From Eledone cirrhosa (lineage: Eukaryota): a DNA stretch of 64,000 nt. The stretch lies in contig OZ024741.1 in the NCBI GenBank assembly GCA_964016885.1, positions 8,680,001 to 8,744,000 on the forward strand, in the 5' to 3' direction. The translations under genes and the position numbers were made by a program. The notes under the pieces are model-generated. The model was not told the origin of the DNA and ran no database searches. It was given only the letters and a program-made list of their open reading frames with translations. Below are positions 1 through 15,200 of this stretch, one piece after another (position 1 is the stretch's first letter; each line of letters opens with the position of its first letter).

Positions 1-3000
1 TAGTGGAGGTTTCAGTCACCTCCATGTACATCATAGTCGAGGTTTTAGTCACCTCCATGTACAACTTAGTCGAGGTTTTATTCACTTCCATGTACAACAT
101 AGTGGAGGTTTTAGTCACCTCCATGTACACATAGTCGAGGTTTTAGTGACCTCCATGTACAACATAGTTGAGATTTTAGTCACCTCTTTGTACAACATAG
201 TCGACGTTTTCGTCACCTCCATGTAAAACGTAGTCGAGGTTTTAATCACCTCCATGTACAACATAGTGGAGGTTTTAGTCACCTCCATGTACACCATAGG
301 CGAAGTTTTAGTCAGCTCCATGTACAACAAAGAGGAGGTTTTAGTCACTTCCATGTACAACATAGTCGAGCTTTTAGTCAACTCCATGTACAACATAGTC
401 GAGGTTTTAGTCACCTCCATGTACAACATAGTCGAGGTTTTAGTCACATCCATGTACAACATAATCAAGGTTTTAGTCACCTCCATGTACACCATAGTCG
501 AGGTTTTAGTCACTTCCATGTACAACATAGTAGAGGTTTTAGTCACCTCCATGTACAACATAGTGTTGGTGTTAGTCACCTCCATGTACAACACAGTCGA
601 GGTTTTAATCACTTCCATGTACAACATAGTCGAGGCTTTAGTCACCTCCATGTACGACATAGTGGAGGTCTTAGTCACCTCCATGTACAACATAGTGGAT
701 GTTTTAGTCACCTCCATGTACAACATAGTCGAGGTTTTAGTCACCTCCATTACAAAGTAGTGGAGGTTTTAGTCACTTCTATGTACAACATAGTCGAGGT
801 TTCAGTCACCTCCATGTACACCATAGTGGAGGTTTTAGTCAACTCCATGTACAACATAGTCGAGGTTTTAGTCACCTCCATGTACAACATAGTCGAGGTT
901 TTAGTCAACTCCATGTACAACATAGTGGAGGTCTTAGTCACCTCCATGTACAACACAGTCGAGGTTTTAATCACTTCCATGTACAACATTGTCGAGGTTT
1001 TAGTCACCTCCATGTACACCATAGTCGAGATTTTAGTTAACTCCATGTACAACATAGTCGAGGTTTTAGTCACCTCCATGTACAACATAGTCGAGGTTTT
1101 AGTCACCTCCATATACAACATAATCAAGGTTTTATTCACCTCCATGTACACCATAGTCGAGGTCTTAGTCACCTCCATGTACAACACATTCGAGGTTTTA
1201 ATCACTTCCATGTACAACATAGTCGAGGTTTTAGTCACCTCCATGTACAACATAGTGGAGGTTTTAGTCACCTCCATGTACAACATAGTGGAGGTTTTAG
1301 TCACCTCCATGTACAACATAGTCGAGGTTTTAGTCACCTCCATTACAAAGTAGTGCAGGTTTTAGTCACCTCTATGTACAACATGGTCGAGGTTTTAGTC
1401 ACCTTTATGTACAACATAGTCGAGGTTTTAGTCACCCCATGTACAGCATAGTCGAGGTTTTAGTCACCTCCATGTACAACATAGTAGAGGTTTTAGTCAC
1501 CTCCATGTACAACATAGTGGAGGATTTAGTCACCTCCATGTACAACATAGTCGAAGTTTCAGTCACCTCCATGTACAACATAGTGGAGGTTTTAGTCACC
1601 TCCATGTACACCATTGTCGAGGTTTTAGTCACCTCCATGTACAACGTAGTCGAGGTTTTAGTCACCTCTATGTACAACATAGTCGACGTTTTAGTCACCT
1701 CTATGTACAACATAGTCGAGGTTTTAGTCACCCCATGTACAGCATAGTCGAGGTTTTAGTCACCTCCATGTACAACATAGTCGAGGTTTTAGTCACCTCC
1801 ATGTACAACATAGTGGAGGTTTTAGTCACCTCCATGTACAACATAGTAGAGGTTTTAGTCACCTCCATGTACAACATAGTCGGAGTTTCTGTCACCTCCA
1901 TGTACAACATATTGGAGGTTTTAGTCACCTCCATGTACACCATAGTCGAGGTTTTAGTCACCTCCATGTACAACATAGTCGAGGTTTTAGTCACCTCTAT
2001 GTACAACATAGTCGACGTTTTAGTCACCTCCTTATACAACGTAGTCGAGGTTTTAGTTACCTCCATGTACAACATAGTCGAGGTTTTAATCAACTCCATG
2101 TACAACATAGTCGAGGTTTTAGTCACCTCCATGTACAACATAGTCGAGATTTTAGTCACCTCCATGTACACCATAGTGGAGGTTTTAGTCAACTCCATGT
2201 ACAACATAGTGGAGGTTTTAGTCACCTCCATGTACACCATAGTCGAGGGTTTAGTCACCTCCATGTACAACATAGTGGAGGTTTTAGTCACATCCATGTA
2301 CAACAATAGTGGAGGTTTTAGTCACCTCCATGTACAACATAGTCGAGGTTTTAGTCACCTCCATGTAAAACATAGTGGAGGTTTTAGTCACCTCCATGTA
2401 CAACATAGTCGAGGTTTTTGTCACCTCCATGTACAATATAGTGGAGGTTTTAGTCACCTCCATGTACAACATAGTGGAGGTTTTAGTCACCTCCATGTAC
2501 AACATAGTGGAGGTTTCAGTCACCTCCATGTACAACATAGTGGAGGTTTTAGTTACCTCCATGTACACCATAGTCGAGGTTTTAGTCACCTCCATGTACA
2601 ACATAGTGTAGGTTTTAGTCACCTTTATGTATAACATAGTGGAGGTCTTAGTCACCTCCATGTACAACACAGTCGAGGTTTTAATCACTTCCATGTACAA
2701 CATAGTCGAGGTTTTAGTCACCTCCATGTACAACATAGTGGAGGTTTAAGTCCCTCCATGTACAACATAGTCGAGGTTTTAGTCACCTCCATTACAAAGT
2801 AGTGGAGGTTTTAGTCAACTCCATGTACAACATAGTGGAGGTTTTACTCACCTCCATGTACACCATAGTCGAGGGTTTACTCACCTCCATGTACAACATA
2901 GTGGAGGTTTTAGTCACCTCCATGTACAACATAGTCGAGGTTTTAGTCACTTCCATGTACAACATAGTGGACGTTTTAGTCACCTCCATGTACAACATAG

Positions 3001-6000
3001 TCGAGGTTTTAGTCACCTCCATGTACAACATAGTCGAGGTTTTAGTCACCGCCATGTACAACATAGTCGAGGTTTTAGTCACCTCCATGTACAACATAGT
3101 GGAGGTTTTAGTCACCTCCATGTACAACATAGTGGAGGTTCCAGTCACCTCCATGTACAACATAGTGGAGGTTTTAGTCACCTCCATGTACACCATAGTC
3201 GAGGTTTTAGTCACCTCCATGTACAACATAGTCGAGGTTTTAGTCACCTCTATGTACAACGTAGTCGAGGTTTTAGTTACCTCCATGTACAACATAGTCG
3301 AGGTTTTAATCAACTCCATGTACAACATAGTCGAGGTTTAATCACCTCCATGTACATCATAGTTGAGATTTTAGTCACCTCCATGTACACCATAGTGCAG
3401 GTTTTAGTCAACTCCATGTACAACATAGTGGAGGTTTTAGTCACCTCCATGTACACCATAGTCGAGGGTTTAGTCACCTCCATGTACAACATAGTGGAGG
3501 TTTTAGTCACATCCATGTACAACAATAGTGGAGGTTTTAGTCACCTCCATGTACAACGTAGTCGAGGTTTTAGTCACCTCCATGTACAACATAGTCGAGG
3601 TTTTAATCACCTCCATGTACAACATAGTGGAGGTTTTAGTCACCTCCATGTACACCATAGGCGAGGTTTTAGTCACCTCCATGTACAACAAAGAGGAGGT
3701 TTTAGTTACATCCATGTACAACATAGTCGAGGTTTTAGTCACCACCATGTACAACATAGTCGAGGTTTTAGTCACCTCCATGTACAACATAGTCAAGATT
3801 TTAGTCACCTCCATGTACACCATAATGGCGGTTTTAGTCACCTCCATGTACAACATAGTCGAGGTTTTAGTCACCTCCATGTACAAAATAGTCGAGGTTT
3901 TACTCACCTCCATGTACAACATAATCAAGGTTTTAGTCACCTCCATGTACACCATAGTCGAGGTTTTAGTCACCTCCATGTACAACATAGTGGAGGTCTT
4001 AGTCACCTCCATGTACAACACAGTCGAGGTTTTAATCACTTCCATGTACAACACAGTCGAGGTTTTAGTCACCTCCATGTACAACATAGTGGAGGTCTTA
4101 GTTACCTCCATGTACAACATAGTGGAGGTTTTAGTCACCTCCATGTACAACATAGTCGAGGTTTTAGTCACCTCCATTACAAAGTAGTGGAGGTTTTAGT
4201 AAACCTCTATGTACAACATAGTCGAGGTTTTAGTCACCTCTATGTACAACATAGTCGAGGTTTTAGTCACGCCATGTACAGCATAGTCGAGGTTTTAGTC
4301 ACCTCCATGTACAACATAGTCGAGGTTTTAGTCACCTCCATGTACAACATAGTAGAGGTTTTAGTCACCTTCATGTACAACATGGTCGAGATTTTAGTCA
4401 CCTCCATGTACACCATAGTGGAGGTTTTAGTCAACTCCGTGTACAACATAGTGGAGATTTTAGTCACCTCCATGTACACCATAGTCGAGGGTTTAGTCAC
4501 CTCCATGTACAACATAGTGGAGGTTTAAGTCACCTCCATATAGAACATAAACGAGGTTTTAGTCACATACATGTACAACATAGTTGAGGTTTTAGTCACC
4601 TCCATGTACAACATAGTCGAGGTTTTAGTCACCTCCATGTACAACATAGTGGATGTTTTAGTCACCTCCATGTACAACATAGTGCAGGTTTTAGTCAACT
4701 CCATGTACAACATAGTGGAGGTTTTAGTCACCTCCATGTACACCATAGTCAAGTGTTTAGTCACCTCCATGTACAACATAGTGGAGGTTTTAGTCACATC
4801 CATGTACAACAATAGTGGAGGTTTTAGTCACCTCCATGTACAACATAGTCGAGGTTTTAGTCACCTCCATGTAAAACATAGTGGAGGTTTTAGTCACCTC
4901 CATGTACAACATAGTCGAGGTTTTTGTCACCTCCATGTACAATATAGTGGAGGTTTTAGTCACCTCCATGTACAACATAGTGGAGGTTTTAGTCACCTCC
5001 ATGTACAACATAATGGAGGTTTCAGTCACCACCTTGTACAACATAGTGGAGGTTTTAGTCACCTCCATGTACACCATAGTCGAGGTTTTAGTCACCTCCA
5101 TGTACAACATAGTGTAGGTTTTAGTCACCTTCATGTATAACATAGTGGAGGTCTTAGTCACCTCCATGTACAACACAGTCGAGATTTTAATCACTTCCAT
5201 GTACAACATAGTCGAGGTTTTAGTCACCTCCATGTACAACATAGTCGAGGTTTTAGTCACCTCCATGTAAAACATAGTGGAGGTTTTAGTCACCTCCATG
5301 TACAACATAGTCGAGGTTTTTGTCACCTCCATGTACAATATAGTGGATGTTTTAGTCACCTCCATGTACAACATAGTGGAGGTTTTAGTCACCTCCATGT
5401 ACAACATAGTGGAGGTTTCAGTCACCTCCATGTACAACATAGTGGAGGTTTTAGTCACCTCCATGTACACCATAGTCGAGGTTTTAGTCACCTCCATGTA
5501 CAACATAGTGTAGGTTTTAGTCACCTTTATGTATAACATAGTGGAGGTCTTAGTCACCTCCATGTACAACACAGTCGAGGTTTTAATCACTTCCATGTAC
5601 AACATAGTCGAGGTTTTAGTCACCTCCATGTACAACATAGTGGAGGTTTAAGTCCCTCCATGTACAACATAGTCGAGGTTTTAGTCACCTCCATTACAAA
5701 GTAGTGGAAGTTTTAGTCAACTCCATGTACAACATAGTGGAGGTTTTACTCACCTCCATGTACACCATAGTCGAGGGTTTTCTCACCTCCATGTACAACA
5801 TAGTGGAGGTTTTAGTCACCTCCATGTACAACATAGTCGAGGTTTTAGTCACTTCCATGTACAACATAGTGGAGGTTTTAGTCACCTCCATGTACAACAT
5901 AGTCGAGGTTTTAGTCACCTCCATGTACAACATAGTCGAGGTTTTAGTCACCGCCATGTACAACATAGTCGAGGTTTTAGTCACCTCCATGTACAACATA

Positions 6001-6263
6001 GTGGAGGTTTTAGTCACCTCCATGTACAACATAGTGGAGGTTTCAGTCACCTCCATGTACAACATAGTGGAGGTTTTAGTCACCTCCATGTACACCATAG
6101 TCGAGGTTTTAGTCACCTCCATGTACAACATAGTCGAGGTTTTAGTCACCTCTATGTACAACATAGTCGACGTTTTAGTCACCTCCATGTACAACGTAGT
6201 CGAGATTTTAGTTACCTCCATGTACAACATAGTCGAGGTTTTAATCAACTCCATGTACAACAT
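1..6263. repeat. 33-bp satellite array (consensus ATAGTCGAGGTTTTAGTCACCTCCATGTACAAC), runs off the left edge
   Basis: Direct tandem repeats with a 33-bp period, seen as 11-aa periodicity in the ORF track. The rare variant CCATTACAAAGTAG recurs at about 747, 1340, 2789, 4174 and 5691. Confidence 0.97.
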
Positions 6264-9200
6264 GGTACACATTACTGTCAGAACCTCCTGTCTCACCTCC
6301 TCCACATGTTATTGTGTATCTGGCACCACCTACACCAAGGCAACTTTGGTACACATTACCGACAGAAACTCCTGTCTCACCTCCTCCACATGTTATTGTA
6401 TATCTGGTACCACCTACACCAAGGTAACTTTGGTACACATTACTGTCAGAAATTCCTGTCTCACCCCCTTCACATGTTATTGTGTATCTGGCACCACCTA
6501 CACCAAGGTAACTTTGGTACACATTACTGTCAGAAATTCCTGTCTCACCCCTCCACATTTTATTGTGTATCTGGTACCACCTACACCAAGGTAACTTTGG
6601 TACACATTACTGTCAGAACCTCCTGTTTCACCTCCTCCACATGTTATTGTGTATCTGGCACCAGCTATACCAAGGCAACTTTGGTACACATTTCTGTCAG
6701 CAACTCCTGTCTCACCCCCTCCACATGTTATTGTGTATCTGGCACCACCTACACCAAGGCAACTTTAGTGGTAGACATTACTCTCAGAAACTCCTGTCTC
6801 AGCTCCTCCACATGTTATTGTGTATCTGGCACCGCCTACACCAAGGCAACTTTGGTAGACATTACTGTCAGAAACTCCTATCTCACCTCCTCCACATGTT
6901 ATTGTGTATCTGGCACCGCCTACACCAAGACAACTTTGGTACACTTTACTGACAGAAACTCCTGTCTCACCTCCTTCACATGTTATTGTGTATCTGGCAC
7001 CGCCTACACCAAGACAACTTTGGTACACTTTACTGACAGAAACTCCTGTCTCACCTCCTCCACATGTTATTGTGTATCTGGCACCGCCTACACCAAGACA
7101 ACTTTGGTACACATTACTGTCAGAAACTCCTGTGTCACCTCCTTCACATGTTATTGTGTATCTGGCACCGCCTACACCAAGACAACTTTGGTACACATTA
7201 CTGTCAGAAACTCCTGTCTCACCCCCCTCCACATGTTATTGTGTATCTGGCACCACCTACATCAAGGCAACTTTGGTACACATTACTGTCAGAAACTCCT
7301 GTCTCACCCCCTCCACATGTTATTGTGTATCTGGCACCACCTACACCAAGGCAACTTTGGTACACATTACTGTCAGAAACTCCTGTGTCACCCCCTCCAC
7401 ATGTTATTGTGTATCTGGCACCACCTACACCAAGGCAACTTTGGTACACATTACTGTCAGAAACTCCTGTGTCACCCCCTCCACATGTTATTGTGTATCT
7501 GGCACCACCTACACCAAGGCAACTTTGGTACACATTACTGTCAGAAACTCCTGTCTCACCCCCTCCACATGTTATTGTGTATCTGGCACCACCTACACCA
7601 AGGCAACTTTGGTACACATTACCGACAGAAACTCCTGTCTCACACCCTCCACATGTTATTGTGTATCTGGCACCACCTACCCCAAGGCAACTTTGGTAGA
7701 CATTACTGTCAGCAACTCCTGCCTCACCCCTCCACATGTTATTGTGTATCTGGCACCACCTACACCAAGGCAATTTGGTGGTAGACATTACTCTCAGAAA
7801 TTCCTGTCTCAGCCCCTCCACATGTTATTGTGTATCTGGCACCGCCTACACCAAGGCAATTTGGTGGTAGACATTACTCTCAGAAATTCCTGTCTCAGCC
7901 CCTCCACATGTTATTGTGTATCTGGCACCACCTACACCAAGACAACTTTGGTACACATTACTGTCAGAAACTCCTGTCTCACCTCCTCCACATGTTATTG
8001 TGTATCTGGCACCGCCTACACCAAGGCAACTTTGGTACATATTACTGTCAGAAACTCCTGACTCACCTCCTCCACATGTTATTGTGTATCTGGCACCACC
8101 TACACCAAGGTAACTTTGGTACACATTACTGTCAGAAACTCCTGCCTCACCCCCTCCACATGTTATTGTGTATCTGGCACCACCTAGACCAAGGCAACTT
8201 TGGTACACATTACCGACAGAAACTCCTGTCTCACCTCCTCCACATGTTATTGTGTATCTGGCACCACTTACACCAAGGTAACTTTGGTACACATTACTGA
8301 CAGAAATTCCTGTCTCACCCCCTCCACATGTTATTGTATATCTGGCACCACCTACACCAAGGCAACTTTGGTACACATTACTGTCAGCAACTCCTGTCTC
8401 ACCCCCTCCACATTTTATTGTGTATCTGGCACCACCTACACCAAGGCTACTTTGGTACCCATTACTGTCAGAAACTCCTGCCTCACCCCCTCCACATGTT
8501 ATTGTGTATCTGGCACCACCTACACCAAGGCAACTTTGGTACACATTACTGTCAGCAACTCCTGTCTCACCCCCTCCACATGTTATTGTGTATCTGGCAC
8601 CACCTACACCAAGGTAACTTTGGTAGACATTACTGTCAGCAACTCCTGTCTCACCCCCTCCACATGTTATTGGACATCTGGCACCACCTATACCAAGGTA
8701 ACTTTGGTACACATTACTGTCAGAAACTCCCGTCTCACCCCCTCCACATGTTATTGTACATCTGGCACCACCTATACCAAGGTAACTTTGGTACACATTA
8801 CTGTGAGAAACTCCTGTCTCACCCCCTCCACATGTTATTGTACATCTGGCACCACCTACACCAAGGTAACTTTGGTATTAATTACCGACAGAAACTCCTG
8901 TCTCACCCCCTCCACATGTTATTGTGTGTCTGGCACCACCTACACCATGGCTACTTTGGTACACATTACTGTCAGAACCTCCTGTCTCACCTCTTCCACA
9001 TGTTATTGTGTATCTGGCACCACCTATACCATGGCTACTTTGGTACACATTACTGTCAGCAACTCCTGTCTCACCCCCTCCACATGTTATTGTGTATCTG
9101 GCACAACCTACACCAAGGCAATTTGGTGGTAGACATTACTCTCAGAAACTCCTGTCTCAGCCCCTCCACATGTTATTGTGTATCTGGCACCGCCTACACC

Positions 9201-12200
9201 AAGACAACTTTGGTACACATTACTGTCAGAAACTCCTGTCTCACTCCTCCACATGTTATTGTGTATCTGGCACCGCCTACACCAAGGCAACTTTGGTACA
9301 CATTACTGTCAGAACCTCCTGTCTCACCTCCTCCACATGTTATTGTGTATCTGGCACCACCTACACCAAGGCAACTTTGGTACACATTACCGACAGAAAC
9401 TCTTGTCTCACCTCCTCCACATGTTATTGTATATCTGGTACCACCTACACCAAGGTAACTTTGGTACACATTACTGTCAGAAATTCCTGTCTCACCCCCT
9501 TCACATGTTATTGTGTATCTGGCACCACCTACACCAAGGTAACTTTGGTACACATTACTGTCAGAAATTCCTGTCTCACCCCTCCACATTTTATTGTGTA
9601 TCTGGTACCACCTACACCAAGGTAACTTTGGTACACATTACTGTCAGAACCTCCTGTTTCACCTCCTCCACATGTTATTGTGTATCTGGCACCAGCTATA
9701 CCAAGGCAACTTTGGTACACATTTCTGTCAGCAACTCCTGTCTCACCCCCTCCACATGTTATTGTGTATCTGGCACCACCTACACCAAGGCAACTTTAGT
9801 GGTAGACATTACTCTCAGAAACTCCTGTCTCAGCTCCTCCACATGTTATTGTGTATCTGGCACCGCCTACACCAAGGCAACTTTGGTAGACATTACTGTC
9901 AGAAACTCCTATCTCACCTCCTCCACATGTTATTGTGTATCTGGCACCGCCTACACCAAGACAACTTTGGTACACTTTACTGACAGAAACTCCTGTCTCA
10001 CCTCCTTCACATGTTATTGTGTATCTGGCACCGCCTACACCAAGACAACTTTGGTACACTTTACTGACAGAAACTCCTGTCTCACCTCCTCCACATGTTA
10101 TTGTGTATCTGGCACCGCCTACACCAAGACAACTTTGGTACACATTACTGTCAGAAACTCCTGTGTCACCTCCTTCACATGTTATTGTGTATCTGGCACC
10201 GCCTACACCAAGACAACTTTGGTACACATTATTGTCAGAAACTCCTGTCTCACCCCCCTCCACATGTTATTGTGTATCTGGCACCACCTACACCAAGGCA
10301 ACTTTGGTACACATTACTGTCAGAAACTCCTGTCTCACCCCCTCCACATGTTATTGTGTATCTGGCACCACCTACACCAAGGCAACTTTGGTACACATTA
10401 CTGTCAGAAACTCCTGTGTCACCCCCTCCACATGTTATTGTGTATCTGGCACCACCTACACCAAGGCAACTTTGGTACACATTACTGTCAGAAACTCCTG
10501 TCTCACCCGCTCCACATGTTATTGTGTATCTGGCACCACATACACCAAGGCAACTTTGGTACACATTACCGACAGAAACTCCTGTCTCACCTCCTCCACA
10601 TGTTATTGTGTATCTGGCACCACCTACACCAAGGCAACTTTGGTAGACATTACTGTCAGCAACTCCTGCCTCACCCCTCCACATGTTATTGTGTATCTGA
10701 CCCCACTTACACCAAGGCAACTTTGGTACACATTACTGTCAGAAACTCCTGTCTCACCCCCTCCACATGTTATTGTATATCTGGCACCACCTACACCAAG
10801 GCAACTTTGGTACACATTACTGTCAGAAACTCCTGTGTCACCCCCTCCACATGTTATTGTGTATCTGGCACCACCTACACCAAGGCAACTTTGGTACACA
10901 TTACTGTCAGAAACTCCTGTCTCACCCCCTCCACATGTTATTGTGTATCTGGCACCACCTACACCAAGGCAATTTGGTGGTAGACATTACTCTCAGAAAC
11001 TCCTGTCTCAGCCCCTCCACATGTTATTGTGTATCTGGCACCGCCTACACCAAGACAACTTTGGTACACATTACTGTCAGAAACTCCTGTCTCACCTCCT
11101 CCACATGTTATTGTGTATCTGGCACCGCCTACACCAAGGCAACTTTGGTACACATTACTGTCAGAACCTCCTGTCTCACCTCCTCCACATGTTATTGTGT
11201 ATCTGGCACCACCTAGACCAAGGCAACTTTGGTACACATTACCGACAGAAACTCCTGTCTCACCTCCTCCACATGTTATTGTATATCTGGTACCACCTAC
11301 ACCAAGGTAACTTTGGTACACATTACTGTCAGAAATTCCTGTCTCACCCCCTCCACATGTTATTGTATATCTGGCACCACCTACACCAAGGCAACTTTGG
11401 TACACATTACTGTCAGCAACTCCTGTCTCACCCCCTCCACATGTTATTGTGTATCTGGCACCACCTACACCAAGGCTACTTTGGTACCCATTACTGTCAG
11501 AAACTCCTGCCTCACCCCCTCCACATGTTATTGTGTATCTGGCATCACCTACACCAAGGTAACTTTGGTAGACATTACTGTCAGCAACTCCTGTCTCACC
11601 CCCTCCACATGTTATTGGACATCTGGCATCACCTATACCAAGGTAACTTTGGTACACATTACTGTGAGAAACTCCTGTCTCACCCCCTCCACATGTTATT
11701 GTACATCTGGCACCACCTACACCAAGGTAACTTTGGTATTAATTACCGACAGAAACTCCTGTCTCACCCCCTCCACATGTTATTGTGTGTCTGGCACCAC
11801 CTACACCATGGCTACTTTGGTACACATTACTGTCAGAACCTCCTGTCTCACCTCTTCCACATGTTATTGTGTATCTGGCACCACCTATACCATGGCTACT
11901 TTGGTACACATTACTGTCAGCAACTCCTGTCTCACCCCCTCCACATGTTATTGTGTATCTGGCACCACCTACACCAAGGCAATTTGGTGGTAGACATTAC
12001 TCTCAGAAACTCCTGTCTCAGCCCCTCCACATGTTATTGTGTATCTGGCACCACCTACACCAAGGCAACTTTGGTACACATTACTGTCAGAAACTCCTGT
12101 CTCACCCCCTCCACATGTTATTGTGTATCTGGCACCACCTACACCAAGGCAACTTTGGTACACATTACCGACAGAAACTCCTGTCTCACACCCTCCACAT

Positions 12201-15200
12201 GTTATTGTGTATCTGGCACCACCTACCCCAAGGCAACTTTGGTAGACATTACTGTCAGCAACTCCTGCCTCACCCCTCCACATGTTATTGTGTATCTGGC
12301 ACCACCTACACCAAGGCAATTTGGTGGTAGACATTACTCTCAGAAATTCCTGTCTCAGCCCCTCCACATGTTATTGTGTATCTGGCACCGCCTACACCAA
12401 GGCAATTTGGTGGTAGACATTACTCTCAGAAATTCCTGTCTCAGCCCCTCCACATGTTATTGTGTATCTGGCACCACCTACACCAAGACAACTTTGGTAC
12501 ACATTACTGTCAGAAACTCCTGTCTCACCTCCTCCACATGTTATTGTGTATCTGGCACCGCCTACACCAAGGCAACTTTGGTACATATTACTGTCAGAAA
12601 CTCCTGACTCACCTCCTCCACATGTTATTGTGTATCTGGCACCACCTACACCAAGGTAACTTTGGTACACATTACTGTCAGAAACTCCTGCCTCACCCCC
12701 TCCACATGTTATTGTGTATCTGGCACCACCTAGACCAAGGCAACTTTGGTACACATTACCGACAGAAACTCCTGTCTCACCTCCTCCACATGTTATTGTG
12801 TATCTGGCACCACTTACACCAAGGTAACTTTGGTACACATTACTGACAGAAATTCCTGTCTCACCCCCTCCACATGTTATTGTATATCTGGCACCACCTA
12901 CACCAAGGCAACTTTGGTACACATTACTGTCAGCAACTCCTGTCTCACCCCCTCCACATGTTATTGTGTATCTGGCACCACCTACACCAAGGCTACTTTG
13001 GTACCCATTACTGTCAGAAACTCCTGCCTCACCCCCTCCACATGTTATTGTGTATCTGGCACCACCTACACCAAGGCAACTTTGGTACACATTACTGTCA
13101 GCAACTCCTGTCTCACCCCCTCCACATGTTATTGTGTATCTGGCACCACCTACACCAAGGTAACTTTGGTAGACATTACTGTCAGCAACTCCTGTCTCAC
13201 CCCCTCCACATGTTATTGGACATCTGGCACCACCTATACCAAGGTAACTTTGGTACACATTACTGTCAGAAACTCCCGTCTCACCCCCTCCACATGTTAT
13301 TGTACATCTGGCACCACCTATACCAAGGTAACTTTGGTACACATTACTGTGAGAAACTCCTGTCTCACCCCCTCCACATGTTATTGTACATCTGGCACCA
13401 CCTACACCAAGGTAACTTTGGTATTAATTACCGACAGAAACTCCTGTCTCACCCCCTCCACATGTTATTGTGTGTCTGGCACCACCTACACCATGGCTAC
13501 TTTGGTACACATTACTGTCAGAACCTCCTGTCTCACCTCTTCCACATGTTATTGTGTATCTGGCACCACCTATACCATGGCTACTTTGGTACACATTACT
13601 GTCAGCATCTCCTGTCTCACCCCCTCCACATGTTATTGTGTATCTGGCACCACCTACACCAAGGCAATTTGGTGGTAGACATTACTCTCAGAAACTCCTG
13701 TCTCAGCCCCTCCACATGTTATTGTGTATCTGGCACCGCCTACACCAAGACAACTTTGGTACACATTACTGTCAGAAACTCCTGTCTCACTCCTCCACAT
13801 GTTATTGTGTATCTGGCACCGCCTACACCAAGGCAACTTTGGTACACATTACTGTCAGAACCTCCTGTCTCACCTCCTCCACATGTTATTGTGTATCTGG
13901 CACCACCTACACCAAGGCAACTTTGGTACACATTACCGACAGAAACTCTTGTCTCACCTCCTCCACATGTTATTGTATATCTGGTACCACCTACACCAAG
14001 GTAACTTTGGTACACATTACTGTCAGAAATTCCTGTCTCACCCCCTTCACATGTTATTGTGTATCTGGCACCACCTACACCAAGGTAACTTTGGTACACA
14101 TTACTGTCAGAAATTCCTGTCTCACCCCTCCACATTTTATTGTGTATCTGGTACCACCTACACCAAGGTAACTTTGGTACACATTACTGTCAGAACCTCC
14201 TGTTTCACCTCCTCCACATGTTATTGTGTATCTGGCACCAGCTATACCAAGGCAACTTTGGTACACATTTCTGTCAGCAACTCCTGTCTCACCCCCTCCA
14301 CATGTTATTGTGTATCTGGCACCACCTACACCAAGGCAACTTTAGTGGTAGACATTACTCTCAGAAACTCCTGTCTCAGCTCCTCCACATGTTATTGTGT
14401 ATCTGGCACCGCCTACACCAAGGCAACTTTGGTAGACATTACTGTCAGAAACTCCTATCTCACCTCCTCCACATGTTATTGTGTATCTGGCACCGCCTAC
14501 ACCAAGACAACTTTGGTACACTTTACTGACAGAAACTCCTGTCTCACCTCCTCCACATGTTATTGTGTATCTGGCACCGCCTACACCAAGACAACTTTGG
14601 TACACATTACTGTCAGAAACTCCTGTGTCACCTCCTTCACATGTTATTGTGTATCTGGCACCGCCTACACCAAGACAACTTTGGTACACATTATTGTCAG
14701 AAACTCCTGTCTCACCCCCCTCCACATGTTATTGTGTATCTGGCACCACCTACACCAAGGCAACTTTGGTACACATTACTGTCAGAAACTCCTGTCTCAC
14801 CCCCTCCACATGTTATTGTGTATCTGGCACCACCTACACCAAGGCAACTTTGGTACACATTACTGTCAGAAACTCCTGTGTCACCCCCTCCACATGTTAT
14901 TGTGTATCTGGCACCACCTACACCAAGGCAACTTTGGTACACATTACTGTCAGAAACTCCTGTCTCACCCGCTCCACATGTTATTGTGTATCTGGCACCA
15001 CCTACACCAAGGCAACTTTGGTACACATTACCGACAGAAACTCCTGTCTCACCTCCTCCACATGTTATTGTGTATCTGGCACCACCTACACCAAGGCAAC
15101 TTTGGTAGACATTACTGTCAGCAACTCCTGCCTCACCCCTCCACATGTTATTGTGTATCTGACCCCACTTACACCAAGGCAACTTTGGTACACATTACTG

